Part shown: positions 60,935-64,000 of the stretch, in pieces
How the letters are laid out: the number at the start of each line of letters is the position of its first letter
Position numbering within the stretch: position 1 is the stretch's first letter
NCBI RefSeq assembly: GCF_963921235.1
Contig: NC_086097.1
Location: forward strand, 21,454,001 to 21,518,000
Source: Mobula hypostoma
Taxonomy: Eukaryota
Length of the DNA: 64,000 nt
Direction of reading: 5' to 3'
The notes under the pieces: model-generated
The model's database searches: none
What the model was told of the DNA's origin: nothing
Seen by the model: only the letters and a program-made list of their open reading frames with translations
Position numbers and translations under genes: made by a program

Positions 60935-61998
60935 CACTCAGATCTGCAGCTGGATCTTCAACTTCCTCACAGACAGGACCGAAGCTGTAAAAATAGGGGA
61001 CAAGCTCTCCTCTACAATCACTCTGAGCACTGGTGCCCCACAAGGCTGTGTACTCAGCCCCCTGCTGTACTCTCTGTACACCCATGGTTGTGTAGCCAAG
61101 TTTCCATCAAACTCAGTGTATAAGATTGCTGATGACACAACAATTGTAGGCTGTATCTCGGGCAATGATGAGATTGAGTACAGAGAGGAAATTAAAAACC
61201 TGGTGGCATGGTGCGAAGACAATAACCTACCCCTCAACATCAGCAAGATGAAGGAATTGGTTGTTGACTTCAGAAGGAGTAGCGGACCGCACGACCCAAT
61301 TTACATCGGTGGTGCGCAAGTGGAACAGGTCAAAAGCTTTAAATTCCTCGGGGTCAATATCACAAATGACCTGACTCAGTCCAACCAAGCAGAGTCCACT
61401 GCTAAGAAGGCCCACCAGTGCCTTTACTTCCTGAGAAAGCTAAAGAAATTTGGCCTGTCCCCTAAAACCCTCATTAATTTTTATAGATGCACTGTAGAAA
61501 GCATTCTTCTAGGGTGCATCACAACCTGGTATGGAAGTTGTCCTGTCCAAGACCGGACACATCACACAAACCAATCTTCCGTCCATGGATTCACTTTACA
61601 CCGCACGCTGTCGGAGCAGTGCTGCCAGGATAATCATGGACATGACCCACCCAGCCAACACACTTTTCGTCCCTCTTCCCTCTGGGAGAAGGCTCAAGAG
61701 CTTGAAGACTCTTTCGGCTAGATTTGGGAACAGCTTCTTTCCAACTGTAATAAGACTGCTGAACGGATCCTGACCCGGATCTGGGCCGTACCCTCCAAAT
61801 ATCCGGACCCGCCTCTCGGTTTTTTTTTTGCACTACCTTACTTTCCCTTTTCTATTTTCTATTTATGATTTATAATTTAAGTTTTTAATATTTACTATCG
61901 ATTTGTAATTCAGGGAGCGCGAAGCGCAGAATCATATATCACTATGATGATTGTACGCTCGAGTATCAATTGTTTGGCGACAATAAAGTAAAATAAAT
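60935..61998 (+). mobile_element. Rex1/Babar LINE 3' part
   Basis: [18 protein letters not shown]; 201-aa ORF ([23 protein letters not shown]); [10 protein letters not shown]. Confidence 0.9.
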
Positions 61999-63351
61999 AA
62001 TGGGCCGAATGGCCTCATTCTACTCCTATATCTTCTGGTGGCCATGGAATAATGATGCACGTCGCCTTTCTACGGCAGTGCCTCCTGTTAATACTACCAA
62101 TGGCGGGGCGGTATTTGCTCATTGAGAGATAATTGCTGGCTGGGGCGCTACTTCTTATTCAGACTGTGACTCCATTTTTAATCACCCCGCTACCTGTGTG
62201 TGTCAGCCACAGGCTGATGTCTGGGAGACTGAGGGGAAATGATTGATGGAAATAATGAGGATAACAAATCTGAAGTAAACCAAATGATCTAGTAGAGTTG
62301 TGGTTAGTGCAATCGCTTCACAGCGTCTGATTTCACCGATTGGGATTCTATTCCTGCTGCTGACTGTTAGGGGTTTGTACGTCCTCCCGTGACCGTGTGG
62401 GTGTCCTCTGGGTGCTCTGCTTTCCTCTCGCTTTACAAAGACCTATAGGTTAGGGTTAGTGATTTGTGGGCATGCCTTGTGATGTACTGGCACGTCCCTC
62501 CCGCTACTGTCTGCAGCCTCTCATTCTGCATTTGAATTCCAATCTATTCCCACTCGGTCTACATCTTGCACCAATTATTTTGACGTGTTTTGCAACCTGC
62601 ATTGAAACAGGTGTCTTATATTTTTAGACAGCATTTAATCACACACTCCCTGGCTCCCAGACTACTTAAGCCCTTGAGGGGTAAAAGTCAGTAAAAAAAA
62701 ATGATAAGGGGAGTTAAATGACTTTTATTGAAATGAACAATTTATCTTAAAGAGAGTGGAGGAGATTCCTTTAATCTCACGTCCACAGCATGAACCATCA
62801 GCGCTCTACGAAGCACATGGGGAATTTGCACCTGTAACAGTCACAGGGATAGAAAGAGAGGGAAGTATCATTATTACAAGTAAAACATTTTCAAGGCTGC
62901 AGATTAACTAACAGATCTGCTGCAAACAACCTTAATTTTTCCTGACTACCTTGAATGGCTCGAAAACTTTTCTCCTCACCCTGAACATCTCCCCTTTACC
63001 CACTCCCAAATGAGGGCCATAAATCAAGCAGTCAGCTCCCAACACTGAATTTTCTTTAATTCAGTCAGATGGACCTTGTGTCCTTCTGGATTAGCCCAGA
63101 GTCTGCGGGAGTTGAAGTTTCATCTCTGGAGCACTAGTGTGCGCACCTCCAGAGAATAGAAACCCATGGGGCACCAGCAACAGAATTAGTCTTGCTTTAC
63201 TGTTCTTTGAGCACTCCTGTCTACCAATTGCAACATTAATTAAGGATGGGTGGAATGAATATTTGCATCATCTGGAGCATCAGCCAGCTGAGTAATCAGG
63301 ACTTTGCTCTGGTATAAGAAGGCTGTGCTTTACCAGAATGGATATGTCGGA

Positions 63352-63640
63352 TATACCGTAGCAGTTAGTGCAATGTGTTTACTGCTCAGGGCGTCACGTC
63401 GGAATTTGGAGTTCAAGCGTAGGAAAGTCCTCTGTGAGAAAGTTTGCATGGTCCTCCCATGTGCCTGTGGATTTCCTCTGGGAGCTTCAGTTTCCTCCCA
63501 GACTCCAAAGATGTACTGGTTAGTAGGTTAATTGATCATTGAAAATTGTCCTGTTAGTAGGGTAGGGTTAACTCGATGGGCAGTGTGGCTTGGTGGGCTG
63601 GAAGTGCCTGTTTCATGCTGAATCTCTAAGTAAAATAAAT
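63352..63640 (+). mobile_element. HE1/V-SINE-like SINE
   Basis: Degenerate head, V-domain and tail. Confidence 0.7.
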
Positions 63641-64000
63641 ATATGGCAGGGGCTGGGGACAGCATGTTTAAAGGCATTGAAATGAACCTCCCCTCTGTGG
63701 GCTCTGTCTACACTATAGCCTGCCTCAGTTAAGCAGCTAATGTAATGAAAGACTGGACATTCTCTCTCTCTCTCCTCCCCAGTGGGCTAAAGATACACAA
63801 GTCTGTGCCACCAAGGTCTCGAACAACTTCTAACCCACTGTTATAAAACTATTGAATGGTCTGCTGGTGTGATAAGATAGATACAAACAATGCATTTCAT
63901 GACGTTTGGAGGTTTCAATGTATATGTGACAAATGAAGCTCATCTTTAAACCTCTTCACCCCATGATCCACCTCGTTATGGCCTTGCACGTTATTGTCTG

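Overview
This is eukaryotic, vertebrate DNA, most likely from a cartilaginous fish (shark or ray). That assignment is inferred from abundant HE1/V-SINE-like SINEs, CR1/HER1-like LINEs and elasmobranch-type Penelope ends. The only host coding sequence I can support is one 204-bp internal exon of ADCK1 (42012-42215, + strand), so the window appears to be almost entirely ADCK1 intron. The introns are densely filled with nested, mostly decayed transposons: CR1, Rex1/Babar, RTE, Tx1, R4/Dong, Vingi-like, Penelope-like (PLE), a BEL/Pao element with both LTRs, a solo LTR, Tc1, hAT and MITEs. There are also two large minisatellites, a tRNA-Lys(UUU) retro-pseudogene and several repeat-free islands that may be conserved enhancers. 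The most notable signal is a recurrent minimal hammerhead-ribozyme motif (consensus CAGTC-CTGAYGA-A-GGG-TCTCGG-CCC-GAAAC-GTC-GACTG) at PLE ends. It also occurs in three very small (146-316 bp) fold-back insertions bounded by 13-15 bp TSDs. Almost all ORFs in the supplied track are TE fragments or spurious. TE boundaries are approximate unless a TSD or TIR is quoted, and family names come from motif recognition, not from database searches.
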